Assembly: GCA_029932605.1 (NCBI GenBank)
Contig: JAOZPT010000012.1
Coordinates: 1-51,881 of the forward strand
Source: Candidatus Zixiibacteriota bacterium
Lineage (GTDB): Bacteria; Zixibacteria; MSB-5A5; UBA10806; 4484-95
DNA length: 51,881 bases
Direction: 5' to 3'
Part shown: in pieces, positions 9,184 to 18,552 of the stretch
Position numbering within the stretch: position 1 is the first letter of the stretch
Layout: the number at the start of each line of letters is the position of its first letter
Position numbers and translations under genes: made by a program
The notes under the pieces: generated by a model
Told to the model about the DNA's origin: nothing
Seen by the model: the letters and a program-made list of their open reading frames with translations, nothing else
Database searches by the model: none

Positions 9184-10884
9184 GTGGTTGAGGGTCGTAA
9201 AAAGCCCGTTACGGATGTGAGAATTTATAACGTTAAAACAAAGCTTATAATATTCATTGTATTATTAATTGGTGGATATTCTCTATTCATTTTCTTCTTC
9301 TTTCGTAGCCATTTGGAGAAACAAGCGATTAGAGCTATTGAAAAAAAGGCGCGAACCGGTGCTAATATGATAGCTGATGAAATTAGCCCGGCATTGTTAT
9401 CCGAGGATCATGATGCTGTTAAAGATTTCTTTGAAGATATAAAGCAAGATTATAAACTTGTCTACATAGCTGCAATCGATCAATCCGGTAAGATGTATGC
9501 TTCTCTGGATAAGGATAATGCTGATAAAGCCAAGTATATTTTTTCAACTCAGGATAGCCATGTCTCACAAGATAAGAAGGTTTATTGTTCCATAACTCCT
9601 GTAGTTATTGATGGTCATGAAATAGGCAAGCTTTACATCGGATTTTCATTTGAGGAAATCCATGCTTATCTATTAAAAACCGAAATGATATTAGCGATGG
9701 TAAGCTTTTTAATCTTGCTAATAGGAATAACAGTAGCATCACTCATCTGTAAATCATTTACCAAACCTTTAACTCAAATATCGCAAGTTATAGATGCTAT
9801 CGCTAGAGGTGATTTAACCCAGAGGGTATCAGTTGCTTCAAATGATGAAATTGGTCATCTGGCAAAATCATTCAATAACATGATTGATATTTGGGAGGTT
9901 GCTCAACAAGAGTGGGGAAATTTGAACCGTAGTCTGGAAGAGCGGGTGGGGGAGAGGACTCTGGAGTTGCAGGAGGAAATAAATGAACGCAAGAAAGCAG
10001 AGGAAGAATTAAAACTGTTTACGGCTAAGCTTGAACAGAGTAATCGCGAACTTCAGGATTTCGCCTTTGTAGCCTCGCATGACCTGCAGGAACCTCTCCG
10101 AAAAGTCCAGGCTTTCGGGGAACGGTTGAAAGTTGTCTGTGGTGATGAACTTTCCGAAAAAGGTCGGAATTATCTTGAGCGTATGCAGTCAGCAGCTGAG
10201 CGTATGCAGATATTGATAAAAGACCTTCTGACTTTTTCTCGTGTAACCTCTAAGGCTCAACCGTTTGTAGAAGTTAATCTTCATAAAGTAGCAAAAGAGG
10301 TATTGTCTGATCTGGAAACAACCATTGAAAGAATGAATGCCCATGTGGAACTATTGGAACTACCGACGATTGAGGCTGATCCATTACAGATGCGACAGTT
10401 GTTGCAGAACCTCATTAGTAATGGCCTTAAGTTCCATAAAAAAGGCCAGACTCCAATGGTGAAGATATATAGTAAGGCTGTGAAGAAACCTCATCGAGTT
10501 ATCATGGGTAAGGCCCAAAGTAAAGATCTCTGTAAAATAGTAGTGCAGGATAATGGCATCGGTTTTGATGAAAAATATATTGATAGAATATTTGCTGTTT
10601 TTCAACGGTTGCATGGTCGGAGTGAATATGAAGGAACAGGTGTAGGGTTAGCGGTTTGCCGTAAGATTGTTGAACGTCATGGGGGGACTATAACAGCCGA
10701 AAGCGCACCTGGCAAGGGGGCAAAGTTTATCGTGAGCATTCCTATAAAACAGCACCATGTAGAAAAGAGTGATGGAGGAATGAAAAAAGACCTGGGAAAA
10801 CGGGGAGTGAAGAAGAGCAGAGAAATTATGGAAAAAACCGTTTATAGGGGTCATGAGCCCAGTATAATACAACCGGTTACCTGA
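9184..10884 (+). CDS. Membrane sensor histidine kinase (2 TM, HAMP, Cph1-type HisKA, HATPase)
   Basis: HAMP 'DEIGHLAKSFNNM'; H-box 'ASHDLQEPLR'; 'NLISNGLKF', 'DNGIGF', 'GTGVGLA'. Confidence 0.93.
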   Translation: MVEGRKKPVTDVRIYNVKTKLIIFIVLLIGGYSLFIFFFFRSHLEKQAIRAIEKKARTGANMIADEISPALLSEDHDAVKDFFEDIKQDYKLVYIAAIDQSGKMYASLDKDNADKAKYIFSTQDSHVSQDKKVYCSITPVVIDGHEIGKLYIGFSFEEIHAYLLKTEMILAMVSFLILLIGITVASLICKSFTKPLTQISQVIDAIARGDLTQRVSVASNDEIGHLAKSFNNMIDIWEVAQQEWGNLNRSLEERVGERTLELQEEINERKKAEEELKLFTAKLEQSNRELQDFAFVASHDLQEPLRKVQAFGERLKVVCGDELSEKGRNYLERMQSAAERMQILIKDLLTFSRVTSKAQPFVEVNLHKVAKEVLSDLETTIERMNAHVELLELPTIEADPLQMRQLLQNLISNGLKFHKKGQTPMVKIYSKAVKKPHRVIMGKAQSKDLCKIVVQDNGIGFDEKYIDRIFAVFQRLHGRSEYEGTGVGLAVCRKIVERHGGTITAESAPGKGAKFIVSIPIKQHHVEKSDGGMKKDLGKRGVKKSREIMEKTVYRGHEPSIIQPVT

Positions 10885-10915
10885 CCCTATAAAAATAAAA
10901 AAGGAGAGAGCCTTG

Positions 10916-11416
10916 ATGGATAGACATGGGAAACCAATTACGATATTATTGGCAGAGGACGATCCTGATGATAGATTAATGACAACTGAAGCACTTGATG
11001 AAAACCGTTTGGCCAACGATTTACAAATTGTCGAAGACGGTGAGGAACTGATGGACTATTTATACCATCGGGGAAAGTTTTCAAATATACCAAATTGGAC
11101 ATTACCAGGATTGATTCTTTTAGATTTAAATATGCCCAAAAAAGATGGACGTGAAGCACTTAGGGAGATAAAAGCCGATACGAATCTAAGGCGTATCCCG
11201 ATTGTAGTGTTAACCACATCAACGGAAGAGGAAGATATCTATCGCACATATGATCTTGGAGTGAATTCATTTATCACCAAGCCAGTATCATTTGAATCCC
11301 TTGTAGAAATTATGAAAACCTTAAGAATATACTGGTTTGAGATAGTGCAATTACCACCTGGATATGGTAGTGAGTCAAATGCAAAACGATATCATCAAAA
11401 CGCTGCTAGTCGATGA
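10916..11416 (+). CDS. Single-domain response regulator (Rcp1/RcpB type)
   Basis: AAGGAG SD; 'ILLAEDDPDD', 'LILLDLNMPKKDG', 'LTTS', 'NSFITKP'. Confidence 0.93.
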   Translation: MDRHGKPITILLAEDDPDDRLMTTEALDENRLANDLQIVEDGEELMDYLYHRGKFSNIPNWTLPGLILLDLNMPKKDGREALREIKADTNLRRIPIVVLTTSTEEEDIYRTYDLGVNSFITKPVSFESLVEIMKTLRIYWFEIVQLPPGYGSESNAKRYHQNAASR

Positions 11417-13724
11417 CGACGAAGACGATTATTTTATAACTAAAGATCTGCTTTCGGAAATTAAGAGAGCAAATTACAAACTGGATTGGGCTTCGACATA
11501 CGATGAGGCCTTAAAGATAATCGCTCGCAATCAGCATGATGTCTATCTTATTGACTATCGCTTAGGAGAATTCAGTGGGCTTGACCTGATTCGGACTGCT
11601 ATTGGAAATGGCTGTTCGGTGCCAATGATTTTGCTTACCGGGCAGGGTGACTCCGAGGTCGATATCGAGGCGATGAAAGTCGGGGCGATGGATTATTTGG
11701 TCAAGGGTCAGCTTGACGCATCTTCGCTTGAACGTTCCATCCGTTATTCGATTAAAAGCAAGCAGGCAGAGAAAGCCCTGCGCATCTCCGAGAAGAGATT
11801 CCGGGATATTGCTATCAGCAGTTCGGATTGGATATGGGAGGTCGACGAAGAGGGGAAGTATACGTATGTAAGTGAAAATGTAATAGATGTTCTTGGATAC
11901 AAACCAGAGGAACTTTTGGGCAAAACACCATTTGATATAATGCCCGAGAAAGAGGCTGAAAAAATAAAAGAAGCCTTTGATAAGATAACGACGCGCAAAG
12001 ATAATATCGTTGATTTAATCAATTGGAATGTCCACAAAAATGGCCAGTTGGTATGCCTTCAAACAAGTGGAGTCCCTATCCTGGATGATTGTGGTAATTT
12101 ACTTGGATATCGTGGTGTAGACAAAAATATCACTGAACGTGAACGTGCGGAGCAGATGCTTCGGCAATCAGAGGAAAAATATCGTTCATTGGTTGAAAAT
12201 ATTTCCGATGGAGTTCTTACGACCGACCTTGATGAAAAGATACTATTTGCCAACAGGGCTTCTGTCAAAATATTTGGTTATTTGTTGGATGAATTAATAG
12301 GAATGAACCTTAAGGATATTGTTATCAAGGATGAACTGAATAAGGTAAACAGGGAAAATCAAAAAAGAAGAAATAAAGAAGATGGTCAATATGAACTAAC
12401 CATAGTCAGGAAAGACGGAAATCGCCGACGTGTTTTTGTTTCGGCGACACCGCTTTTAGACAACAACGGGGTTGTGCTTGGCACGATCGCTGTATTCACA
12501 GATATATCGGAGCTTAAGGAAATCGAAAGAGAAAAACAGGAGCTACGTGAGAAACTGTCTCGCTCTCAACGTATGGAATCATTGGGCATACTCGCTGGAG
12601 GAGTAGCCCATGATTTAAATAATATCCTTGGACCTTTGGTAGCTTACCCCGAGTTGATTAAGATGAATTTACCACCTGATAGCCCAATTAGAGATAAAAT
12701 TTCAAAAATTGAGAATTCTGCCCAGAGGGCATCCGAGGTTGTTCAGGACCTTTTAACCATGGCCAGAAGAGGGCGGTACGAAATGGTTCCGGTTAACCTT
12801 AATGAAGTTGTTGAAACCTACTTACAATCACCGGATTTCTTTAACCTTAAATTAAAATGTCCTACGGTTAAATTAAAAGTTAATCTTGATAAAAATATAC
12901 CCAAAATACACGGTTCCATGCCTCATCTATCCAAGGTGATTATGAACTTGATCTTAAATGCTTTCGATGCCATGCCTCATGGCGGGCAACTTGTGATTGA
13001 GACAAAATGCGAATATGTGGAAAAACTTATAGGTGGTTATGACAATATCGATAAAGGGAAATATGTCATATTGACAACAAGAGACGACGGTGTGGGAATA
13101 AGCGAAAGAGACTATAAACGCCTGTTTGAACCTTTCTATACAAAAAAGGAGATGGGTAAGAGTGGAAGTGGCTTGGGATTGGCAATAGTTTATGGAGTTA
13201 TTAAAGACCATAATGGTTATATCGATGTTAAAAGTAGGGTAGGTCACGGAAGTGATTTTATTATTTATTTACCGGTAATAGAGGGTAGTCCCGATGACGA
13301 CAGGAAAGAGGTTGTAGATATAAGAGGATGCGAAAAAATTCTTGTTGTCGATGACCTCGAAGAGCAAAGAGAGTTGGCAACCAGCATATTATCAAGTTTG
13401 GGTTATAATGTTACAACGGTAGCCGATGGAAGAAGAGCTGTGGAATACTTAAAAAATAATGACGCTGATATAGTGGTGTTGGATATGATAATGGAAGATG
13501 GTTTTGATGGGCTGGATACTTATAAAGAAATTATAAAACTTCGTCCTGAACAAAAGGCTATTATAGTTAGTGGCTTCTCGGAGACAAGTCGAGTCAAGGA
13601 GGCTGAGAAATTGGGTGTGGGGAAATATATTAGGAAACCCTATACGATGCAGATTTTGGGTAAAGCTATAAGGGAAGTGCTTACCCATGAAGCCACAAAT
13701 GTTAAAAAAGTGGTTCGTAATTAA
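11379..13724 (+). CDS. Hybrid histidine kinase REC-PAS-PAS-HisKA-HATPase-REC (start 11364 or 11379)
   Basis: N-terminal REC 'LLVDDDEDD...DYRL', two PAS domains, 'AHDLNNIL', 'GSGLGL', C-terminal REC 'LVVDD...LDMIM...KP'. Confidence 0.92.
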   Translation: MQNDIIKTLLVDDDEDDYFITKDLLSEIKRANYKLDWASTYDEALKIIARNQHDVYLIDYRLGEFSGLDLIRTAIGNGCSVPMILLTGQGDSEVDIEAMKVGAMDYLVKGQLDASSLERSIRYSIKSKQAEKALRISEKRFRDIAISSSDWIWEVDEEGKYTYVSENVIDVLGYKPEELLGKTPFDIMPEKEAEKIKEAFDKITTRKDNIVDLINWNVHKNGQLVCLQTSGVPILDDCGNLLGYRGVDKNITERERAEQMLRQSEEKYRSLVENISDGVLTTDLDEKILFANRASVKIFGYLLDELIGMNLKDIVIKDELNKVNRENQKRRNKEDGQYELTIVRKDGNRRRVFVSATPLLDNNGVVLGTIAVFTDISELKEIEREKQELREKLSRSQRMESLGILAGGVAHDLNNILGPLVAYPELIKMNLPPDSPIRDKISKIENSAQRASEVVQDLLTMARRGRYEMVPVNLNEVVETYLQSPDFFNLKLKCPTVKLKVNLDKNIPKIHGSMPHLSKVIMNLILNAFDAMPHGGQLVIETKCEYVEKLIGGYDNIDKGKYVILTTRDDGVGISERDYKRLFEPFYTKKEMGKSGSGLGLAIVYGVIKDHNGYIDVKSRVGHGSDFIIYLPVIEGSPDDDRKEVVDIRGCEKILVVDDLEEQRELATSILSSLGYNVTTVADGRRAVEYLKNNDADIVVLDMIMEDGFDGLDTYKEIIKLRPEQKAIIVSGFSETSRVKEAEKLGVGKYIRKPYTMQILGKAIREVLTHEATNVKKVVRN

Positions 13725-13912
13725 GTTGTAATGGTATTGGATTATAAGTTATATATTTTTTAGCATAGATTGAAGAGCATGATTTTTTTATATGATCGTA
13801 GGCTGTTAAATGGAGATATTTTGATAGGGAAATAATCGTTATATAGACTGCTGTTTCAGTATGAAAGCGGGGTTGATCTTAATGCTGATTGTTTTTTTAA
13901 ATTCTTTTAGAT

Positions 13913-13920
13913 GCCGATAA
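13913..13920 (+). promoter_or_regulatory. sigma28-like -10 box upstream of the pilus operon
   Basis: Perfect GCCGATAA; TAAA at 13898-13901 has non-canonical 11-nt spacing. Confidence 0.35.
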
Positions 13921-13955
13921 ATATTGTAACTAATGGATATACTTGAGATTAATAA

Positions 13956-15719
13956 ATGTTAGACAAACATAATTTCCAAAAATTGGGTGAGTTACTTATC
14001 CAATCAGGTTTAATCTCTAAAAGCCAGCTTGAAAACGCTCTTGAACATCAAAGGCGTTCGGGTGGGCGGATAGGGAGCATTCTGGTAGAGCTTGGCTATA
14101 TCACCGAGGATCGTCTTCAGGAGGTCATCGCTGAAAAGCTTAATCTTCCCAAGTTATCCTTAGCTGACCTTGAAATTGATGTAAACGTTGTCAAGTTATT
14201 GCCTGCCGAGGTTGCTCGAAGATATACGGTTATTCCCATATTTCTTATAGGTAATGTTCTTACTGTCACTATGGATGATCCTTTGAATTTTGTAGCGATC
14301 GATGAGATAGTTTACAATACCAAGATGGAAGTTAAAAGAGTGGTTGCGACCAAAAGTGAGATTGAAGCGGCTATTGATAAGTATTACTCGATCACTGATA
14401 CCATGAGCAAAACGATGGACAGACTTGAAGCACCCATAACTACACATGCGGAAGATAAAATCGTGGACTTGGAGAAAAAGGAGGATATTTCAGCTGATAT
14501 GCCGGCAGTGGAGCTGGTTGATGCAATTATTGGTCAGGCTGTTAAAAGTAAGGCTTCGGATATCCATTTTGAACCGGATGAGCGAAATTTTAGAATCAGA
14601 TTTCGCATTGATGGCCTTATGCGAGAAGTAGCCGCTTTGGAACTGCATATACATCAACCTGTAGTTTCACGGCTGAAGGTGATGTCAAAGATAGACATTT
14701 CAGAAAAACGGCTCCCTCAGGATGGCCGATTCAGAATGATTTTTAGAAATAACCCTATCGATTTCAGGGTTTCCACCATGCCAACTGTTTTTGGAGAAAA
14801 AGTTGTTATAAGAATTCTGGATAAAAGTAATCTTATGCTTAACCTCAATCAAATGGGTTTTTCTGAAAGTAATTATAGCAAGTGGCTTGATGTTATAAAC
14901 AGACCAGAAGGATTAATCCTTATTACTGGTCCCACAGGTAGTGGTAAAACTACGACATTATATGCTGTATTAAGCGAGTTGAATACGCCGGAGAAAAATA
15001 TCGTTACAGTTGAAGACCCGGTGGAATATAACCTGCCTATGATAAATCAGGTTCAGGTAAGCGAAAAGACTGGCCTTATTTTTGCCAATGCCTTGCGGTC
15101 AATTGTCAGACAAGATCCTGATATCATAATGGTGGGCGAAATACGGGATTTAGCTACAGCCGAGATTTCCATAAGAGCCTCATTAACGGGCCACCTTGTG
15201 CTTTCAACACTTCATACTTCCGACGCTCCTGTGGCAGCGGTAAGGCTTATCGACATGGGCGTCGAACCATATATGGTTTCAACTTCGATGACTGCTATAT
15301 TAGCGCAACGTCTTGTGCGTGTCATCTGCCCAAACTGCCGGGAAGAAACCCTTCCAGATTTAGCCCTAGTCAAAGAATATATGGAGCGGTGGAATTTACC
15401 TGATGTTACATTTTATCGTGGTAAGGGTTGCCCGCGTTGTAATAACACCGGTTTTGAGGGACGGACAGCTATTCATGAACTGATGGTTTTAAATCCTGTT
15501 CTTAAGGATATTATCAGTAGAAAGGCATCCCATACGGATATACGTAGAGCCGCTTTAAGAGCTGGTATGGTTTCCCTTCTTGACGATGGTCTGCAAAAAG
15601 CTTCTAAAGGGATTACAACAGTGGAGGAGGTTCTGCGTGTTTGCCATAATGAAGATAGTAAGCTGGAGCAATCTCATAACGTTTCATTAAAGAAAGATGC
15701 CATACCGATTCAAATATAA
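13956..15719 (+). CDS. PilB/GspE/MshE-family assembly ATPase with N-terminal MshEN domain
   Basis: MshEN repeats 'KLGELLIQSGLISKSQLENALEHQ' and 'RIGSILVELGYI'; 'ASDIHFEP', Walker A 'GPTGSGKT', 'RQDPDIIMVGEIRD', CxxC...CxxC. Confidence 0.95.
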   Translation: MLDKHNFQKLGELLIQSGLISKSQLENALEHQRRSGGRIGSILVELGYITEDRLQEVIAEKLNLPKLSLADLEIDVNVVKLLPAEVARRYTVIPIFLIGNVLTVTMDDPLNFVAIDEIVYNTKMEVKRVVATKSEIEAAIDKYYSITDTMSKTMDRLEAPITTHAEDKIVDLEKKEDISADMPAVELVDAIIGQAVKSKASDIHFEPDERNFRIRFRIDGLMREVAALELHIHQPVVSRLKVMSKIDISEKRLPQDGRFRMIFRNNPIDFRVSTMPTVFGEKVVIRILDKSNLMLNLNQMGFSESNYSKWLDVINRPEGLILITGPTGSGKTTTLYAVLSELNTPEKNIVTVEDPVEYNLPMINQVQVSEKTGLIFANALRSIVRQDPDIIMVGEIRDLATAEISIRASLTGHLVLSTLHTSDAPVAAVRLIDMGVEPYMVSTSMTAILAQRLVRVICPNCREETLPDLALVKEYMERWNLPDVTFYRGKGCPRCNNTGFEGRTAIHELMVLNPVLKDIISRKASHTDIRRAALRAGMVSLLDDGLQKASKGITTVEEVLRVCHNEDSKLEQSHNVSLKKDAIPIQI

Positions 15720-16911
15720 AGCTGTCTCTCCGAAAGGTGATATCCAGAAAGGATATTTTGAAGCCGAGGATATCCAGACGGCCAAGAAGAATCTTGATCT
15801 TAAAGGTTTGATCCCTATAAATGTGGAAGCTGATGAAGGTTATAAGAGTATTTTTAAAAAATATTTCAAACCATCTGTAAATCTCGAAGTACTTTTAGAA
15901 TTTACCAAAAAATATAATACCCTTTTAAAAGCTGGCATACCTATGCTTAGAGCTTTAGATGTTATTGAAAATGAGCAGGAAAATATCAAATTCGGCTCAG
16001 TCTTACAAGAGATAAGGCGATTAGTCGAAAGTGGGATGGCTCTGTCTCAAGCGATGCAACAGTTTCCTGAATATTTCTCATCGCTTTATATAAACACTAT
16101 TAGGGCAGGTGAAGCCTCAGGGCAAATGGATATTGTTCTTGACCGGATGTGCGAACTCATTGAAAGAGAAATGAAAACGAAGGAGATGATTAAATCTGCT
16201 ATACGTTATCCAATATACGTGATGATTACAATCATGCTGGCAATTACTGTGATTGTGACTATAGTGGTGCCTAAATTTGCAGATTTTTATAAGTTTTATC
16301 AATCTGATTTACCATTGCCGACCCGAATGTTGTCCGAGTTTAGCAATTTCGTCTCATCTTTTTGGTATGTTGTTGTATTTATGGTGGGTGTGATGGTTTT
16401 TTCGTTTAAAAGGTTTAGCAAGAGTAGCATCGGTCAAAAAATATTCGATTGGATAAAACTTGAGATGCCGATATTGGGAAATATCTTTTTACAACTTACT
16501 ATCTCCAGATTCTGCTATGTCTTAGCCACACTAATAAGGTCTGGTTTGCCTTTGGTTGAGTCCTTAGGTCTGGTAGGGACAACTGTTGGTAACTCTATAA
16601 TTGCTAAAGTAATAGCATCAATTGGCGATAATGTTAGGGGGGGTGGTGATATGTTTAGTCCTATGAGGAGATCAAAATATTTTAAGCCGTTGGTGATTCA
16701 GATGTTTGCCATTGGAATGGAATCGGGGAATATAGATAATATGTTGTTTGAAGTGGCTCGTCACTACGATGAGTCGGTCGAATATCAATCTAAAAAGCTT
16801 GCCTCTCGATTGGAGCCGATAATGACATTATTTATTGGCGGGATAGTATTGATGCTGGCTTTGGCTATATTTTTACCGATGTGGAATATGATACAGGTGT
16901 TTAAAAAATAA
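15697..16911 (+). CDS. PilC/GspF/MshG platform protein
   Basis: 'AGEASG', 'AIRYP', 'GMESG', 'LEP...AIFLPMW'. Confidence 0.95.
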   Translation: MPYRFKYKAVSPKGDIQKGYFEAEDIQTAKKNLDLKGLIPINVEADEGYKSIFKKYFKPSVNLEVLLEFTKKYNTLLKAGIPMLRALDVIENEQENIKFGSVLQEIRRLVESGMALSQAMQQFPEYFSSLYINTIRAGEASGQMDIVLDRMCELIEREMKTKEMIKSAIRYPIYVMITIMLAITVIVTIVVPKFADFYKFYQSDLPLPTRMLSEFSNFVSSFWYVVVFMVGVMVFSFKRFSKSSIGQKIFDWIKLEMPILGNIFLQLTISRFCYVLATLIRSGLPLVESLGLVGTTVGNSIIAKVIASIGDNVRGGGDMFSPMRRSKYFKPLVIQMFAIGMESGNIDNMLFEVARHYDESVEYQSKKLASRLEPIMTLFIGGIVLMLALAIFLPMWNMIQVFKK

Positions 16912-16929
16912 TAAGCTAAGGAGGGATGT

Positions 16930-17346
16930 ATGCGCTTCACTAACCAAAAAGGATTCACCCTTATTGAGCTGGTGATAATCATCGTGATACTTGGTATTCT
17001 GGCTTCGGTAGCTATTCCCAAGTACAGAAGTATTGTGGCCGAGTCAAAAGAGGCTGCCTGCAAAGGTGCTCTTGGTAGCCTCAGGTCGGCTATAAGTATT
17101 TATTATGCCAATACTGCGGTTACTACCGGCACAGCCACCTGGCCACCTATTGACAGCGTTAGAACGGTTGGCGTTGTTCTGGAACAGGATATACCGGATA
17201 ACCCATACCAGACTAACGCTCCTGATTCAATCGTCACCGGTGTTACAAAAGGAACCATAGTTGGCACTCGCGGTGGTTGGGCTTATAAAGCCTCCACTGG
17301 TGAAATATGGCCCAATACAAACACTGTCGGTGAAAATGACTGGTGA
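16930..17346 (+). CDS. Type IV prepilin (MshA-like, probable major pilin)
   Basis: AAGGAGG SD; class III signal 'KG|FTLIELVIIIVILGILASVAIP'. Confidence 0.9.
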   Translation: MRFTNQKGFTLIELVIIIVILGILASVAIPKYRSIVAESKEAACKGALGSLRSAISIYYANTAVTTGTATWPPIDSVRTVGVVLEQDIPDNPYQTNAPDSIVTGVTKGTIVGTRGGWAYKASTGEIWPNTNTVGENDW

Positions 17347-17365
17347 TCTTGTATAGAGATCATTA

Positions 17366-17800
17366 ATGCTTGAAAAACCAAAATTCGGTAGCGGTGGTTT
17401 TACATTAATTGAACTAATTATTGTAGTTTTGGTGGTGGGGATAATGGCAATCGTTGGCATTCCGAGGATGGGTGATATAATGGAAACGTCTAAAGTCGCT
17501 GCCACCAAGGAAGAGATGCGACGTTTAAAAATTGCCTTGGTTGGGTCGGCTAAAAGCGGCGCCAGGGGCTATGAGAATGATGTTGGTTCTCTACCATCAA
17601 ATCTGACCGATCTGGTGACTAAACCTGCAGGCGTTTCAGATTGGAACAGATTTACCAAAACCGGCTGGAATGGTCCGTATATCGAGGATAACGATGGTGA
17701 TTACCTCAAGGATTCATGGGATGTAAACTATATTTACAGCGCCGTTTCACGGACTATAAAAAGCGTTGGTTCGGGTGATACCATAACAATTAATTTTTAA
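17366..17800 (+). CDS. GspG-like prepilin/pseudopilin
   Basis: 'GG|FTLIEL'; 'LPSNLTDLV...WNGPYI...DSW'. Confidence 0.85.
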   Translation: MLEKPKFGSGGFTLIELIIVVLVVGIMAIVGIPRMGDIMETSKVAATKEEMRRLKIALVGSAKSGARGYENDVGSLPSNLTDLVTKPAGVSDWNRFTKTGWNGPYIEDNDGDYLKDSWDVNYIYSAVSRTIKSVGSGDTITINF

Positions 17801-18537
17801 TGAGCCTTATTGAACACAGAAAAGGCTTTACGTTAATTGAGATGGTCCTGGTGATGGTTATCCTTGGTATTCTGGCAACTGTAGCTATGAAATCTTTGAA
17901 ATCCTTTACCGACCAGAGCCGTTTTGATATTACAACCGAGGAAATGGAGAGGTTGGCTCGGGCGATTATTGGCGATGAGAGACTGGTATCAGCTGGTGTT
18001 CGAACAGATTTTGGCTATGTTGGTGATGTAGGTGCATTGCCTTCCAATCTTGATGCTTTGGTGACAAATCCCGGTGGCTATTCAACTTGGAACGGACCAT
18101 ATATCCGCTCTGACTTCAGTGAAAATACTGAGGATTATAAACGCGATGCCTGGAATGAACCCTATACTTACAATGGAGGTGTGATTATTACCTCAAACGG
18201 TGGAGGTAATACTATAACCAAACAGTTTGCCAGTTCTGTAAACGATTTAACCTCGAATACAATTAAAGGAATTGTCCGTGATTCGGACTTGTCGCCACCA
18301 GGAGACAGCGCTTCAAGTATCACTGTCACAGTTCAATATCCCAATGGAACCGGTTCTTTGACCATCTCATCAACCTCACCAAGCGCTTCAGGTGAATTCT
18401 CGTTTTCTAATTCAATTCCGATAGGATTACACCGCTTGCAAGCCATTATAGATGCAGATACTATTTCAAAATATGTTGCTGTTTATCCCGGTAAAACTAT
18501 TTATACCGAATTGCGTTTTGCGGGTGACCTGTGGTGA
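17800..18537 (+). CDS. GspG-like prepilin with an extra C-terminal beta-rich domain
   Basis: 'KG|FTLIEM'; 'WNGPYI...DAWNEPY'; C-terminal 'IKGIVRD...GEFSF..IPIG.H'. Confidence 0.85.
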   Translation: MSLIEHRKGFTLIEMVLVMVILGILATVAMKSLKSFTDQSRFDITTEEMERLARAIIGDERLVSAGVRTDFGYVGDVGALPSNLDALVTNPGGYSTWNGPYIRSDFSENTEDYKRDAWNEPYTYNGGVIITSNGGGNTITKQFASSVNDLTSNTIKGIVRDSDLSPPGDSASSITVTVQYPNGTGSLTISSTSPSASGEFSFSNSIPIGLHRLQAIIDADTISKYVAVYPGKTIYTELRFAGDLW

Positions 18538-18552
18538 TGTATTAAGTTAGGA

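Noticed and set aside
9184..10884. Bacteriophytochrome
   Set aside because: The Cph1-type kinase core and Rcp1 partner are present, but the input is TM-periplasmic-HAMP rather than PAS-GAF-PHY.
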